NCBI GenBank assembly: GCA_003218915.1
Contig: QHPC01000016.1
Location: 1-39,253, forward strand
Length of the DNA stretch: 39,253 bases
Reading direction: 5' to 3'
Source of the DNA: Verrucomicrobiota bacterium
Lineage (GTDB): Bacteria > Verrucomicrobiota > Verrucomicrobiia > Chthoniobacterales > UBA10450
Shown: in pieces, positions 6,980 through 16,004 of the stretch
Position numbering within the stretch: position 1 is the first letter of the stretch
Layout: each line of letters opens with the position of its first letter
Notes under the pieces: model-generated
Seen by the model: the letters and a program-made list of their open reading frames with translations, nothing else
Database searches by the model: none
Told to the model about the DNA's origin: nothing
Made by a program: the position numbers and the translations under genes

Positions 6980-9721
6980 ATGATTGAGGTTCGTTATGCG
7001 CGCGGGGTGTATCTGCCCGATCAGGATTTATGGCTCGATCCGTGGGACGCAAAGCGATTCGCTTTCGTTTCCCACGCGCATAGCGACCACATTGCACCAC
7101 ACAAGGAAATCATTGTTTCCGAGCGGACAGCACGCCTGATGCAAAGCCGGCTGCCAGGCTACCGCACGGAGCACATTCTGCCGTTCGGTGAAAGACGAAC
7201 GGTGCACGGGATCGACCTTATGCTATTGCCGGCCGGGCATATCTTTGGTTCGGCTCAATGTTTCCTCTTTGCCGGCAACGAGACATTGCTTTACACCGGC
7301 GATTTTAAGCTGCGTCCCGGGAAATCCGCGGAGCAAGCCGAATGGCGCAAGGCTGATACACTCATCATGGAGACGACATTCGGCCTGCCACGCTATCAAT
7401 TCCCGCCGGCGGAACAAGTCATCGACCAAATCATTGCTTTCTGCCGGGAAACATTTGATGACGGTGGAGTGCCAGTGCTCCTTGGGTATTCGTTAGGCAA
7501 AGCGCAGGAGATCCTCTGTTCGCTTGATGGAGCTGCGTTAACGCCGATGCTCCACGGTTCGGTTTATCAGATGACCCGAATCTACGAGCGGTTTGGCCAA
7601 TCGTTTTGCAAATATCTTCGCTACAACCCAAACGATGTTGCTGGAAAAGTTTTGATCTGCCCACCCAGTGCGAACCATTCGCAGATGCTGGAAAAGATTG
7701 GGCGCAAACGGGTCGCGATGATCAGCGGCTGGGCTGTCGATCCAAACGCAATCTATCGCTATCAGGTTGACGCGGCGTTTGCACTTTCTGATCACGCGGA
7801 CTACAACGATCTGCTTCGCTATGTCGAACTCGTAACGCCGCGACGTGTGTTTACGCTCCACGGTTTCGCTGCTTCGTTTGCCCGTGATTTGCGCGAACGC
7901 GGCATCGAAGCATGGGCGTTGAGCGAAGAAAACCAGATGGAGTTTATGCTGGCACAAATTCCTTCCGGTCCTTCCGTTGGTGCATCGGGCTCCGAACTCC
8001 GCACGGGAGGCACCTGCCTTGCCATTTCCGAATTCCTCGGGTTCGCAAGCGTCGGTGAAGCAATCGCTGCAACTCCGTCCAAACTGGAAAAAATTCGGCT
8101 GCTTGCCGATTATCTGCGCGGTCTAACGAGCGAGCAGCTTTCGATCGTGACGCCTTACTTCACCGGCAAAGCGTTTGCCCAGAACGATCCGCGCACCTTG
8201 CAGATCGGCTGGGCCGTAATTTTCCGCGCACTGCAAGCGGCCACCAAAATCAGCGACGCTGAGTTTCATCGCGTCGCGAGTATCCACGGCGATGCAGCGA
8301 AAACCGCGTTCGAAGTTCTCGATGGAAGAACGGCACCGCAACCGTTCAGCATCCGTGAATCGGACGACTTGTTTGAAAATCTCCACCGTGCACGCGGTCC
8401 GATCGCTAAGGCCGAACTGCTGCGAAATCGGTTCTCAAAATTGTCTGCGCGCGAAGGTCAGTACTTCGTCAAGATTCTTACTGGCGATCTGCGGATCGGA
8501 TTGCGCGAGGGTTTGGTCGAGGAGGCGATCGCGAAAGCATTTGGCGCTTCGCTCGAGCAGGTAAAGGAGGCCAACATGTTGTTAGGCGACATTGGTCAAA
8601 CCGCCCTGCTGGCTTCGCGAAACGAGCTGGCACGTGCGGAGCTGTCACTCTTTCGTCCGATTAAATGCATGCTTGCGACTCCTGAACCGACAGCCGAAGC
8701 CGTGTGGGACCGGTTCGCCGAAGCTGCGGGTAGCAGCTTGGGACTGACGTCATCCGCGCCGACTACCGTTTATCTGGAGGACAAGTTCGACGGTATTCGC
8801 GCACAGTTGCACCGCAGTGCGCAACAGGTCGAGATTTTCTCTCGCGATTTGCGGCGTATCACAGGTCAATTCCCGGAGCTGGCTGATGAAGCCAGGAGTT
8901 TCCAGGAGGAACTAATCATCGACGGCGAAATTATTGCTTTCGAGAAGGACCGCGGACTCACCTTCTTCGATCTGCAGAAACGGCTGGGGCGAAAGAGTGA
9001 CGGCGTCGATTTGTTCGCGCGTGCGGCGGCAGACGTGCCAGTCGCGTTTGTGACCTTCGATCTTCTTTGGTTGAACGGGCGGTCATTGTTAAAGACTCCG
9101 CTGCACGAGCGGCGAAGGCATCTCAGTAGCCTGCGGTTGCCCTCGCATTTTCAAATTGCCAAGGTCATGCCTGCTCATTCTGCTGCTGAGATCGAACAAA
9201 CGTTTCAACAGGCGCGGCAGCGCTTAAATGAAGGCCTAATGATCAAAGATCCGGAGAGTCTCTATCTGCCCGGTAACCGCGGAATGTTTTGGTTCAAACT
9301 CAAGAAAGAATTGGCGACGCTGGATGTCGTGGTCGTGGGGGCCGAGTTTGGGCATGGCAAACGCAATAATGTGTTGAGCGACTACACATTTGCGGTGCGC
9401 GATGAAACTAATGGTAAGCTCCTCCCAATCGGTAAGGCTTACAGCGGTTTAACCGACACGGAGATTGCGGAACTGACTGAGCACTTCAAGCAGAACACGA
9501 TCGCAGACCATGGGCGGTATCGCGAAGTGAAACCGAACGTGATCCTCGAAGTTGCTTTCAATTCAATTCAGCCCAGCTCACGCAACGCCAGTGGACTGGC
9601 ACTGCGCTTCCCAAGAATCAAGGCAATCCGGCGCGACAAGAATGTCGATTCAATCGACACGCTGCAATACGCCGGCGAGCTGGCAGCGCAAAACGCAAAT
9701 TCGCCGGCCAGTTCACGCTGA
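6980..9721 (+). CDS. Fusion protein: N-terminal metallo-beta-lactamase/beta-CASP nuclease ('ligase-associated DNA damage response exonuclease'-like) plus a C-terminal three-domain ATP-dependent DNA ligase
   Basis: N-terminal half: HAHSDH (7073-7090), TGDF, ETTFG, LSDHAD and TLHG motifs. C-terminal half: ligase motif I KFDGIR (8783-8800, adenylation Lys at 8783-8785), EGLMIK, and WFKLKK of the OB domain. It is one uninterrupted frame. I chose the ATG at 6980 (MIEVRYARG...). Confidence 0.9.
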   Translation: MIEVRYARGVYLPDQDLWLDPWDAKRFAFVSHAHSDHIAPHKEIIVSERTARLMQSRLPGYRTEHILPFGERRTVHGIDLMLLPAGHIFGSAQCFLFAGNETLLYTGDFKLRPGKSAEQAEWRKADTLIMETTFGLPRYQFPPAEQVIDQIIAFCRETFDDGGVPVLLGYSLGKAQEILCSLDGAALTPMLHGSVYQMTRIYERFGQSFCKYLRYNPNDVAGKVLICPPSANHSQMLEKIGRKRVAMISGWAVDPNAIYRYQVDAAFALSDHADYNDLLRYVELVTPRRVFTLHGFAASFARDLRERGIEAWALSEENQMEFMLAQIPSGPSVGASGSELRTGGTCLAISEFLGFASVGEAIAATPSKLEKIRLLADYLRGLTSEQLSIVTPYFTGKAFAQNDPRTLQIGWAVIFRALQAATKISDAEFHRVASIHGDAAKTAFEVLDGRTAPQPFSIRESDDLFENLHRARGPIAKAELLRNRFSKLSAREGQYFVKILTGDLRIGLREGLVEEAIAKAFGASLEQVKEANMLLGDIGQTALLASRNELARAELSLFRPIKCMLATPEPTAEAVWDRFAEAAGSSLGLTSSAPTTVYLEDKFDGIRAQLHRSAQQVEIFSRDLRRITGQFPELADEARSFQEELIIDGEIIAFEKDRGLTFFDLQKRLGRKSDGVDLFARAAADVPVAFVTFDLLWLNGRSLLKTPLHERRRHLSSLRLPSHFQIAKVMPAHSAAEIEQTFQQARQRLNEGLMIKDPESLYLPGNRGMFWFKLKKELATLDVVVVGAEFGHGKRNNVLSDYTFAVRDETNGKLLPIGKAYSGLTDTEIAELTEHFKQNTIADHGRYREVKPNVILEVAFNSIQPSSRNASGLALRFPRIKAIRRDKNVDSIDTLQYAGELAAQNANSPASSR

Positions 9722-9921
9722 AGGGATTGGTCAACACCTCGTACTTACTAGGGCGTGGACGACGGAGATGGTGAAGTCGCCTCCGCGCCAGTGCGGGTGG
9801 AGGTGCTGGTATCGACAGACCCGCTGGTGTTGCCAGACGCGCTCGGCAGGCGCCCCGGCGCCGGAATTGGGTTGTGTCCTCATGGATCGCATTTTCTGTA
9901 TTGCCGCCATCCTGCGCTGCC

Positions 9922-10254
9922 TTACAGAGCGCAGCTCTTCAGTTCTTTTTTCTCTACTAGCTTTGAGCTGCGAGTTATCGGGCGGCGCCAAACCGGGAGG
10001 GATTGTTGCGGAGGGAACATTCGAAGAGCGTTCTTTTTCAGAGCTCTTAATTGAGCGTCTGCTGAAATCATCGCCGCACGCGCTAGTTTTTCTTTCTCGG
10101 CCAATGCCCTCTCTCGTTCGTCCAATGCTTTCTCGCGCGTATCCAGCTCGGCCTTCCGCTGAGCGAGTTGTTGTTCGGCCGCCGCATCCTGTTTTTTGCA
10201 GGAGCAAATCATCACCAAAGGAATGAGCATCGAGAGGGCAAGGAGTTTTTTCAT
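9922..10254 (-). CDS. Small lipoprotein with a coiled-coil (E/K/A-rich) segment
   Basis: The signal and lipobox-like sequence is MKKLLALSMLIPLVMICSC. This is followed by AAAEQQLAQRKAELDTREKALDERERALAEKEKLA. The C-terminal third is less protein-like, so the 3' end is uncertain. Confidence 0.55.
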   Translation of the reverse strand: MKKLLALSMLIPLVMICSCKKQDAAAEQQLAQRKAELDTREKALDERERALAEKEKLARAAMISADAQLRALKKNALRMFPPQQSLPVWRRPITRSSKLVEKKELKSCAL

Positions 10255-10330
10255 ATCAGAGGTCGTATTTAAAGTTTTCCGTTGATTTCGCACGAACAAA
10301 CCGAGAGGGCGGCTACTAGTGAAATGAAAG

Positions 10331-10525
10331 TTAACGCGGCTGCGGCGTGGTGGAAGTTGCCGGCACCATGACGACCGTCTCAATCTGGCCACGGCGAAGG
10401 CGCTGAATATTGGCAAAGACGGCCACTAGCGCGAGTGATGCCAGGATGACGATCATCAGCACAACAGCGCTCCTTGGGACCCGAGGTAATCGAAGTTTTT
10501 CGGCAGATTGCTGCGGCGCATTCAC
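10331..10525 (-). CDS. Possible small single-pass membrane protein
   Basis: It has a hydrophobic helix (AVVLMIVILASLALVAVFA) flanked by basic residues. It lies in the same orientation immediately downstream of plsC. There is no recognisable family. Confidence 0.4.
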   Translation of the reverse strand: MNAPQQSAEKLRLPRVPRSAVVLMIVILASLALVAVFANIQRLRRGQIETVVMVPATSTTPQPR

Positions 10526-10604
10526 GTGTGAAGTATCGATACCGATTTCATGCGCGCAAGGACGCCTTATTCGTTTCCTTACTCGAAGAAGGCAATGACC
10601 GGCG

Positions 10605-11219
10605 TCAGTTCAATTGCAAAGCCGCGATTGCCTCCATGACTCGCTGACTTAGCCGGTTATAGAGATCTTTCCCTGGCGGATTTAGATCGGCAGCTGTAAA
10701 GAAAATCGGTTCTCCGATTACAATAGTAATTGGGACAAAGTGCAAACCGCCACCACCGCGTGGCAGGGCTTTGTGAGCGCCAAAGATCCGCATGGGCACG
10801 ACCGGCGCGAGGGTCTTTGCAATGACGAGACCCAATCCCGGCTCGGCCGGCTGCAAGCTACCGTCGACCGTGCGCGAGCCTTCCGGAAAGACCAGGGCTG
10901 CGTTCCCGGCCTTTAAAACACGAATCAAAGCCTTCAGCGCGCTGCGGTCGATGCCCTCTTGATTGACCGGGATTACATTGAGCTTGGGCAAAAGCCAGCC
11001 GAGCGGCGGCACGTCCAGCAATGTTCGCCGCGCCAGAAAGTAAACGGCCCGATCACACGCGGTACCGGCAAGCGGCGGGTCGAGATAACTCTGATGATTC
11101 ATCGCGAGAATGACGGGTCCACTCTGAAGCATGCGCTCCCGATGAATTAAACGAAAATGGAAAAACAAGCGGCCAACCAGGCGGCTAAGATGATAACCGA
11201 GCCAGTAATAGACGTTCAT
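10605..11219 (-). CDS. plsC: 1-acyl-sn-glycerol-3-phosphate acyltransferase
   Basis: NHQSYLDP (HX4D block) and FPEGSRT motifs. Confidence 0.85.
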   Translation of the reverse strand: MNVYYWLGYHLSRLVGRLFFHFRLIHRERMLQSGPVILAMNHQSYLDPPLAGTACDRAVYFLARRTLLDVPPLGWLLPKLNVIPVNQEGIDRSALKALIRVLKAGNAALVFPEGSRTVDGSLQPAEPGLGLVIAKTLAPVVPMRIFGAHKALPRGGGGLHFVPITIVIGEPIFFTAADLNPPGKDLYNRLSQRVMEAIAALQLN

Positions 11220-11259
11220 CGTTGAAGCGTTGAACTATTGAAGCGACGAACCGTTTCAA

Positions 11260-11919
11260 TCACGAGGCGATCGGCAGTCCCAGTTGCTTTAGCCGTGCGA
11301 TGATCTGACTGACTACTTCGTCAATTGTAAGAAGCGAAGTATCGATGACGCATGCGTCTTTCGCGATGACGAGCGGAGAAACCGGGCGCGAAGAATCCGC
11401 GCGATCGCGCTGCGCGATTTCGTCCCGCCATCCTTGTGCCGCGCGACGCTGGAGGCGCACCTGAGGCGAGGCATCAACGTAAAATTTGTACGGTGTGTCT
11501 GGAAAAACAACTGATCCAATATCCCGTCCTTCCACAATCAGATTGTGGCTGTATGCGTCCTTGTGCAGTTTCTCTGCAACAACCTGGCGAACCTCAGGAA
11601 ACTGGCTGACGCCTGCAACCTTTTCGTTTACACAATCATCACGCAAGTGATCTGCCGGGTCCACGCCATCAATCACAACGCGCAGCTCATTATCCTGCAG
11701 AGCGCCTGTAATGGGGGCTGATTTCAGGACCTCCGTGATGCACTCGCCATCTTCAGGATCGATTCTCTTTTGCAGGATGTACCAGGTAATTGCTCGATAA
11801 ATGGCGCCGGAATTCACGTAAACAAATCCCAGCTGCCGGGAGAGCTCTCGTGCGACACTGCTTTTTCCAGAGGCCGCCGGGCCATCAATGGCAATTACCC
11901 GATAAAACTGTTCCTGCAT
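11260..11919 (-). CDS. cmk: Cytidylate kinase
   Basis: IAIDGPAASGKSSVAR P-loop, GRDIGSVVFP, and a QRRAAQ...R lid region. Confidence 0.93.
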   Translation of the reverse strand: MQEQFYRVIAIDGPAASGKSSVARELSRQLGFVYVNSGAIYRAITWYILQKRIDPEDGECITEVLKSAPITGALQDNELRVVIDGVDPADHLRDDCVNEKVAGVSQFPEVRQVVAEKLHKDAYSHNLIVEGRDIGSVVFPDTPYKFYVDASPQVRLQRRAAQGWRDEIAQRDRADSSRPVSPLVIAKDACVIDTSLLTIDEVVSQIIARLKQLGLPIAS

Positions 11920-11995
11920 CCCGGGAAATTAGCGTGGCCAAAAGCTGCCGGGCAAGCTGCCAGTCATTTACCGCAGACGTGGAATGCTTCAGGAA

Positions 11996-13351
11996 TCATG
12001 CTTCTTCCTCGACCGGGCCGGGAGTAAGTGAACCGATCACGGGCGTGCTGATCTGCATCCGCTTTTGATTTGTGAACTCTTCAAGGACGGTTTCAAATCC
12101 AGGATAAGATTCACGAATACATTCAGCTTCCTGGACAACGGTTTCGCCATCAGCGAACAAACCCGCTATGGCAAACGCCATCGCAATACGATGGTCGCCA
12201 AAACTTGGCACACGGACTCCGTGCAGGGGAGCCGGACCAAATATCTCAAGGCCATCGTTCATTTCAGCTACCTGCGCTCCCATGGCACGCAAATTGTGCG
12301 CGATTGCGGCGATGCGATCGCTTTCTTTCACGCGCAATTCTTCGGCGTGGCGAATAATCGTTTTGCCTTCCGCAAGGGCGCCGGCGACTGCAAGGATCGG
12401 CAGTTCATCAATAAGCTGCGGTACTTCTTTACCCTGAATGACAGTGCCTTTGAGCGGGAAACCGGTGACTTCGACAACTCCGCGTGGTTCGACCTGATCG
12501 CTGTCTTCAATGGCCTCGCGCACTTGCGCACCCATCCGAAGCAGAACACCGAGTAACGCCGTTCGTGTGTGGTTCAAACCAACATCGCGAATGAGCAGAT
12601 GACCTCGTCGCTGCGCCGCGGCGGCAACCAGCCAAAAGGCCGCGGAAGAGATGTCGCCTGGAATGCCAAAGTCGCGCGACTCCGGGACCTGGTCGCCGAA
12701 CACGGTGACGCTGCCATTTCCGTCCACGGCCGTTCGAACCAGAAAATAATCAAACATCATCTCCATATGATTCCGCGTCGGTACTGGCTCGATCACGGTG
12801 GTTTTGCCCTTGGCAAAGAGGCCGGCCAGCAGCAATGCGCCTTTCACCTGCGCGCTTGCCACAGGCGGTCGATAACGAACGCCACGCAAGGAAGCGCCCT
12901 GGATCCGCAGCGGTGGCGTCTCTTCGGGACCTTCGGCGACAATATTTGCACCCATCTGACGAAGTGGCGCGATAATGCGGTCCATCGGGCGTTTTGACAG
13001 ACCGGCATCCGCGACGAGCCGGCTTTCAAATGTCTGCCCAGCAAGCAGCCCGGCCAGAAGGCGCATGGTCGTGCCGGAATTGCCGCAATTGATTTCGCTT
13101 TTAGGCGGCGTAAGAACCCGCTTTTTCCCGTGCACGATCAACATGGCCGGCTCGGGTTGTTCGATCTTGATCCCGAGCGCGCGTAGCGCGTTCACCGTGT
13201 GCATGCAATCTTCGCTGGGAAGAAACCCATGCACAGTGCACACTCCATTCGATAAGGCGGCGATAATTACCGCACGATGCGAGACGCTTTTATCGCCGGG
13301 CACAGTAATCTCGATGTCAATTCGAGGTGCCCGTTTTACCCGTAACTCCAT
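11996..13351 (-). CDS. aroA: 3-phosphoshikimate 1-carboxyvinyltransferase (EPSP synthase)
   Basis: PGDKSVSHRAVIIAAL, NCGNSGTTMRLLAG, LRVKESDRI and DHRIAMAFA motifs. It has a roughly 25-aa non-conserved C-terminal tail. Confidence 0.95.
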   Translation of the reverse strand: MELRVKRAPRIDIEITVPGDKSVSHRAVIIAALSNGVCTVHGFLPSEDCMHTVNALRALGIKIEQPEPAMLIVHGKKRVLTPPKSEINCGNSGTTMRLLAGLLAGQTFESRLVADAGLSKRPMDRIIAPLRQMGANIVAEGPEETPPLRIQGASLRGVRYRPPVASAQVKGALLLAGLFAKGKTTVIEPVPTRNHMEMMFDYFLVRTAVDGNGSVTVFGDQVPESRDFGIPGDISSAAFWLVAAAAQRRGHLLIRDVGLNHTRTALLGVLLRMGAQVREAIEDSDQVEPRGVVEVTGFPLKGTVIQGKEVPQLIDELPILAVAGALAEGKTIIRHAEELRVKESDRIAAIAHNLRAMGAQVAEMNDGLEIFGPAPLHGVRVPSFGDHRIAMAFAIAGLFADGETVVQEAECIRESYPGFETVLEEFTNQKRMQISTPVIGSLTPGPVEEEA

Positions 13352-13461
13352 AGATAAGAAGAAACCGTTGGTGGATACTCAATACGGGATGCTCAATAAA
13401 AGGGAGGCGTCGCGCCAATTCAGCACGCAGCATCAGCCTCGAACACCCTCGAGGCAACCCG

Positions 13462-13857
13462 TTACGGAACAAGAAAGATTTTGTCCGTGTACGGATCCTT
13501 TACTTCCGTTCCCGGAGGGAACCCTTCCACATCGATATATTTGCCAGGTGAATAAGGACTCTCTACCAGGTGAGGCTTGCCAGGAACGGGGATTCCGTAT
13601 GGATAATCCCCCTTTGCGACCTTCGTCGGCGCAGCTGGTGGAGGAGGTGGTGGCGCTGCTGCGGTCTCCACGGGCGGTGTACCTGTAGGTTGAACAGGGC
13701 CATTCGGATTGAATGGCTGTTGCGGCGGCGGGTACTGTTCGGGCTGGGTAGGGGCGTAGCCCGCGGCCCGATGTCGGGAGGGCGGCGGCTGCGGCTCTTC
13801 ACTGCATGAGGCGAGGAGGAAGGCCGTGAATAGAGCAAGCGACAATGAGAATTTCAT
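13462..13857 (-). CDS. Proline-rich lipoprotein with a conserved-looking C-terminal PYG..VPGKP...SPY...IDV.G...G..V.DPYT.K.F.VP module
   Basis: The lipobox is MKFSLSLALFTAFLLASC. It has a long P/Q-rich linker and a C-terminal Pro/Tyr/Gly motif. Confidence 0.7.
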   Translation of the reverse strand: MKFSLSLALFTAFLLASCSEEPQPPPSRHRAAGYAPTQPEQYPPPQQPFNPNGPVQPTGTPPVETAAAPPPPPPAAPTKVAKGDYPYGIPVPGKPHLVESPYSPGKYIDVEGFPPGTEVKDPYTDKIFLVP

Positions 13858-13966
13858 AAATGGAAAATACTGTCACAATCGTATCCGCAGTCAGAGTGGT
13901 TGCCAATCATTAAATCTCTTTTTGTTCACACTCAGCGAGGCTTTCGCAAAAATTGGTGTGGATACA

Positions 13967-15181
13967 ATGACGGTCCGCCTTCCATCCGAATCCAAGATAG
14001 AGATGTCGACGTCCAACGACTCCCACGCAGAAATCTTGATAGTAGATGATGATGCTTTGAGCCGCAAAATCCTCGCGCAGGTACTAACGTCTGCCGGCTA
14101 CAACTGCCAGGTGTGCGGGAACGGCGCCGAAGCATTGGAGATGATTCACGCGGAGCCGCCTTCGCTTCTGTTGCTCGACTTCGATATGCCGGGGGCAACT
14201 GGGGCGGAGGTGTTAAAAGAGCTTCGCTCGGATCAACACCAGGCAGTTGCACAGGTGCCGACAATTATGTTGACCGCGCACGGAAGCGAGGAAAGCGAAG
14301 TCTCTTGTTTACACGCCGGCGCAGATGATTTTGTGACAAAACCAGTCAATGCCGCAGTCTTGCGTGCGAGAATCGAGACGCAGCTTCGACTCAGTTCGAT
14401 GAGGCGGCAACTGGAGACGCAAAATGACGAACTCGAACGATGGCGCCGCGACCTCGAGCGCGACCTGGCAGCAGCGCGTTTAACGCAGCAATCGCTAATT
14501 CCTCAAAAGCCCCTGGTGCTGCCCGGATGGGAGGTTGCAGCCTGTTATCGCCCCGTGATCCAGGTGGGCGGGGATATCTACGGCTGGCTGCGAATGAAGG
14601 ATGGCCGGACCTTGTTCTGGATTGCTGATGGCTCCGGTCACGGGGCCGCTGCTGCACTGCTTACAACGCTGGCAAAGCTTCTCTTTCATCATGGCAAAGT
14701 GGAACACAACTCGCCAGCCAGCGTGATGGAGGCAGTCAACAACGACTTTCGCAGCATTTTTGGCGGGCGCTCTTTCATGACCGCCATGTGTGTTGCGCTC
14801 AATCACACAAACGGAAGCGCGCTCGCTGTTGGAGCGGGTCATCCCCCGCTTCTCATCGTTCGCCATAACGGTGCAACGGAATCGATCCCATCAGTCGCAC
14901 CCCCGCTGGGTCTGATCGAACGCTCCGAATTTGTGGAAACGCCGCTCGACTTCAAACCAGGAGACGCCTTCCTTCTCTATACCGACGGCTTATTTGGCTC
15001 GTCAAAAAATGAAGAGCGCCGGCTGACGCCGCGGCAGTTGGAGAAGATGCTGGATCATTCCGCTCCGACTGCCGAAGTATTACTCAAGCGAATTTTAGAA
15101 CGAGCAACGCCAAATCCCGCAGAAGACTCCTTGTCCGATGATATGACAGCTCTGGCGGTGCGCCGGGTGGCCCCTGAATAA
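13967..15181 (+). CDS. Response-regulator receiver domain fused to a PP2C (SpoIIE-type) phosphatase
   Basis: The REC domain has ILIVDDD, LLLLDFDMPG and DFVTKP. A coiled linker follows. The PP2C domain has LTQQSLIP, GGDIYGW, IADGSGHG, LYTDGL and SDDMTALAV. I chose the ATG at 13967 (ATG 14003 is also possible). Confidence 0.88.
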   Translation: MTVRLPSESKIEMSTSNDSHAEILIVDDDALSRKILAQVLTSAGYNCQVCGNGAEALEMIHAEPPSLLLLDFDMPGATGAEVLKELRSDQHQAVAQVPTIMLTAHGSEESEVSCLHAGADDFVTKPVNAAVLRARIETQLRLSSMRRQLETQNDELERWRRDLERDLAAARLTQQSLIPQKPLVLPGWEVAACYRPVIQVGGDIYGWLRMKDGRTLFWIADGSGHGAAAALLTTLAKLLFHHGKVEHNSPASVMEAVNNDFRSIFGGRSFMTAMCVALNHTNGSALAVGAGHPPLLIVRHNGATESIPSVAPPLGLIERSEFVETPLDFKPGDAFLLYTDGLFGSSKNEERRLTPRQLEKMLDHSAPTAEVLLKRILERATPNPAEDSLSDDMTALAVRRVAPE

Positions 15182-15242
15182 ATTTTTTCGTTTGCTTAAA
15201 ATTAGTGTTGCTCTCTCTCAAGCGAAACGTTAATCAGCCTCC

Positions 15243-15506
15243 ATGCCGAAAACCAAAAAGAAAACTTCCAAGCGCAAACCGAATCCCGCCTTCATGAGAC
15301 CGGTCCAGCCTGACGATAAGCTTGCTGCCATTGTCGGGTCGCAGCCGCTACCACGCTCGGAGCTCACCAAAAAGCTCTGGAACTATATCAAGAAGCACGG
15401 TTGCCAGGATAAAAAGAAACGAACCATGATCAACGCCGACGACTCACTCAGGCCGGTATTCAATGGTAAGAGCCAGGTGAGTATGTCCGCGCCGCACTGG
15501 CGGTGA
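15243..15506 (+). CDS. SWIB/MDM2-domain protein with a basic N-terminal tail
   Basis: The match to bacterial (chlamydial-type) SWIB proteins is AFMRPVQPDDKLAAIVGSQPLPRSELTKKLWNYIKKHGCQDKKKRTMINADDSLRPVFNGK. The last 7 residues (SAPHWR*) do not look like the usual final helix. Confidence 0.8.
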   Translation: MPKTKKKTSKRKPNPAFMRPVQPDDKLAAIVGSQPLPRSELTKKLWNYIKKHGCQDKKKRTMINADDSLRPVFNGKSQVSMSAPHWR

Positions 15507-15551
15507 TGTACCGCTCTTGCGCCGGGCAGTATTTCCATCGAAGATGGTGAC

Positions 15552-16004
15552 GTGAAAACCTACCGTTTTTTTCTTTTTGCCGTTGCGGCCTCTGTTCTTG
15601 TCTCCGGGCCGTTCGCCAGCGCAGAATCTGGCTGGCTCACCGATTACAAGAAAGCGCAGCAAGAGGCCAAAGCGGGAAACAAATTCCTGTTGCTTGATTT
15701 TACTGGCTCAGATTGGTGCGGTTGGTGCAAGAAGTTCGACAAGGAAGTTCTGTTACAGCCGGAATTCAAGGACTTCGCGCGGGACAATCTGGTCGTCGTA
15801 GAACTCGATTTTCCGCGTGGCAAACAGCAAACCCCCGAGCTAAAGAAACAAAACCGCGACCTTGCGCTGCAGTACGAGATTGTAGGGTTTCCCACGATTG
15901 TTATCCTTAGCGCCGACGGACAAAAGCTTTGGCGGTACGACGGTTACTTTCCCGACGGTCCGACTGCATTCATCGCGCAACTGCAGAAATTGCGGAAAGG
16001 CTGA
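15552..16004 (+). CDS. Secreted thioredoxin-fold protein (CGWC active site)
   Basis: It has a signal peptide, then LLLDFTGSDWCGWCKKFDKEV and GFPTIVIL. It starts with GTG. Confidence 0.82.
   Translation: MKTYRFFLFAVAASVLVSGPFASAESGWLTDYKKAQQEAKAGNKFLLLDFTGSDWCGWCKKFDKEVLLQPEFKDFARDNLVVVELDFPRGKQQTPELKKQNRDLALQYEIVGFPTIVILSADGQKLWRYDGYFPDGPTAFIAQLQKLRKG

Noticed and set aside
9748-9921. Ser/Thr/Pro-rich peptide (..SGNTSGSVDTSTSTRTGAEATSPSPSSTP*) in the same frame as the lipoprotein gene but beyond its TAA, as a possible read-through tail
   Set aside because: Two stops (TAA at 9922-9924 and TGA about 40 nt further on) separate it from the lipoprotein ORF, and it has no start codon. It may be a remnant of a longer ancestral gene, but I cannot support that from the sequence alone.
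9552-10226. 224-aa plus-strand ORF (and the 158-aa minus-strand ORF at 9731-10207) spanning the ligase 3' end and the lipoprotein gene
   Set aside because: They overlap better-supported genes and have Arg/Cys/Trp-rich composition with no motifs. They are probably non-coding frames.
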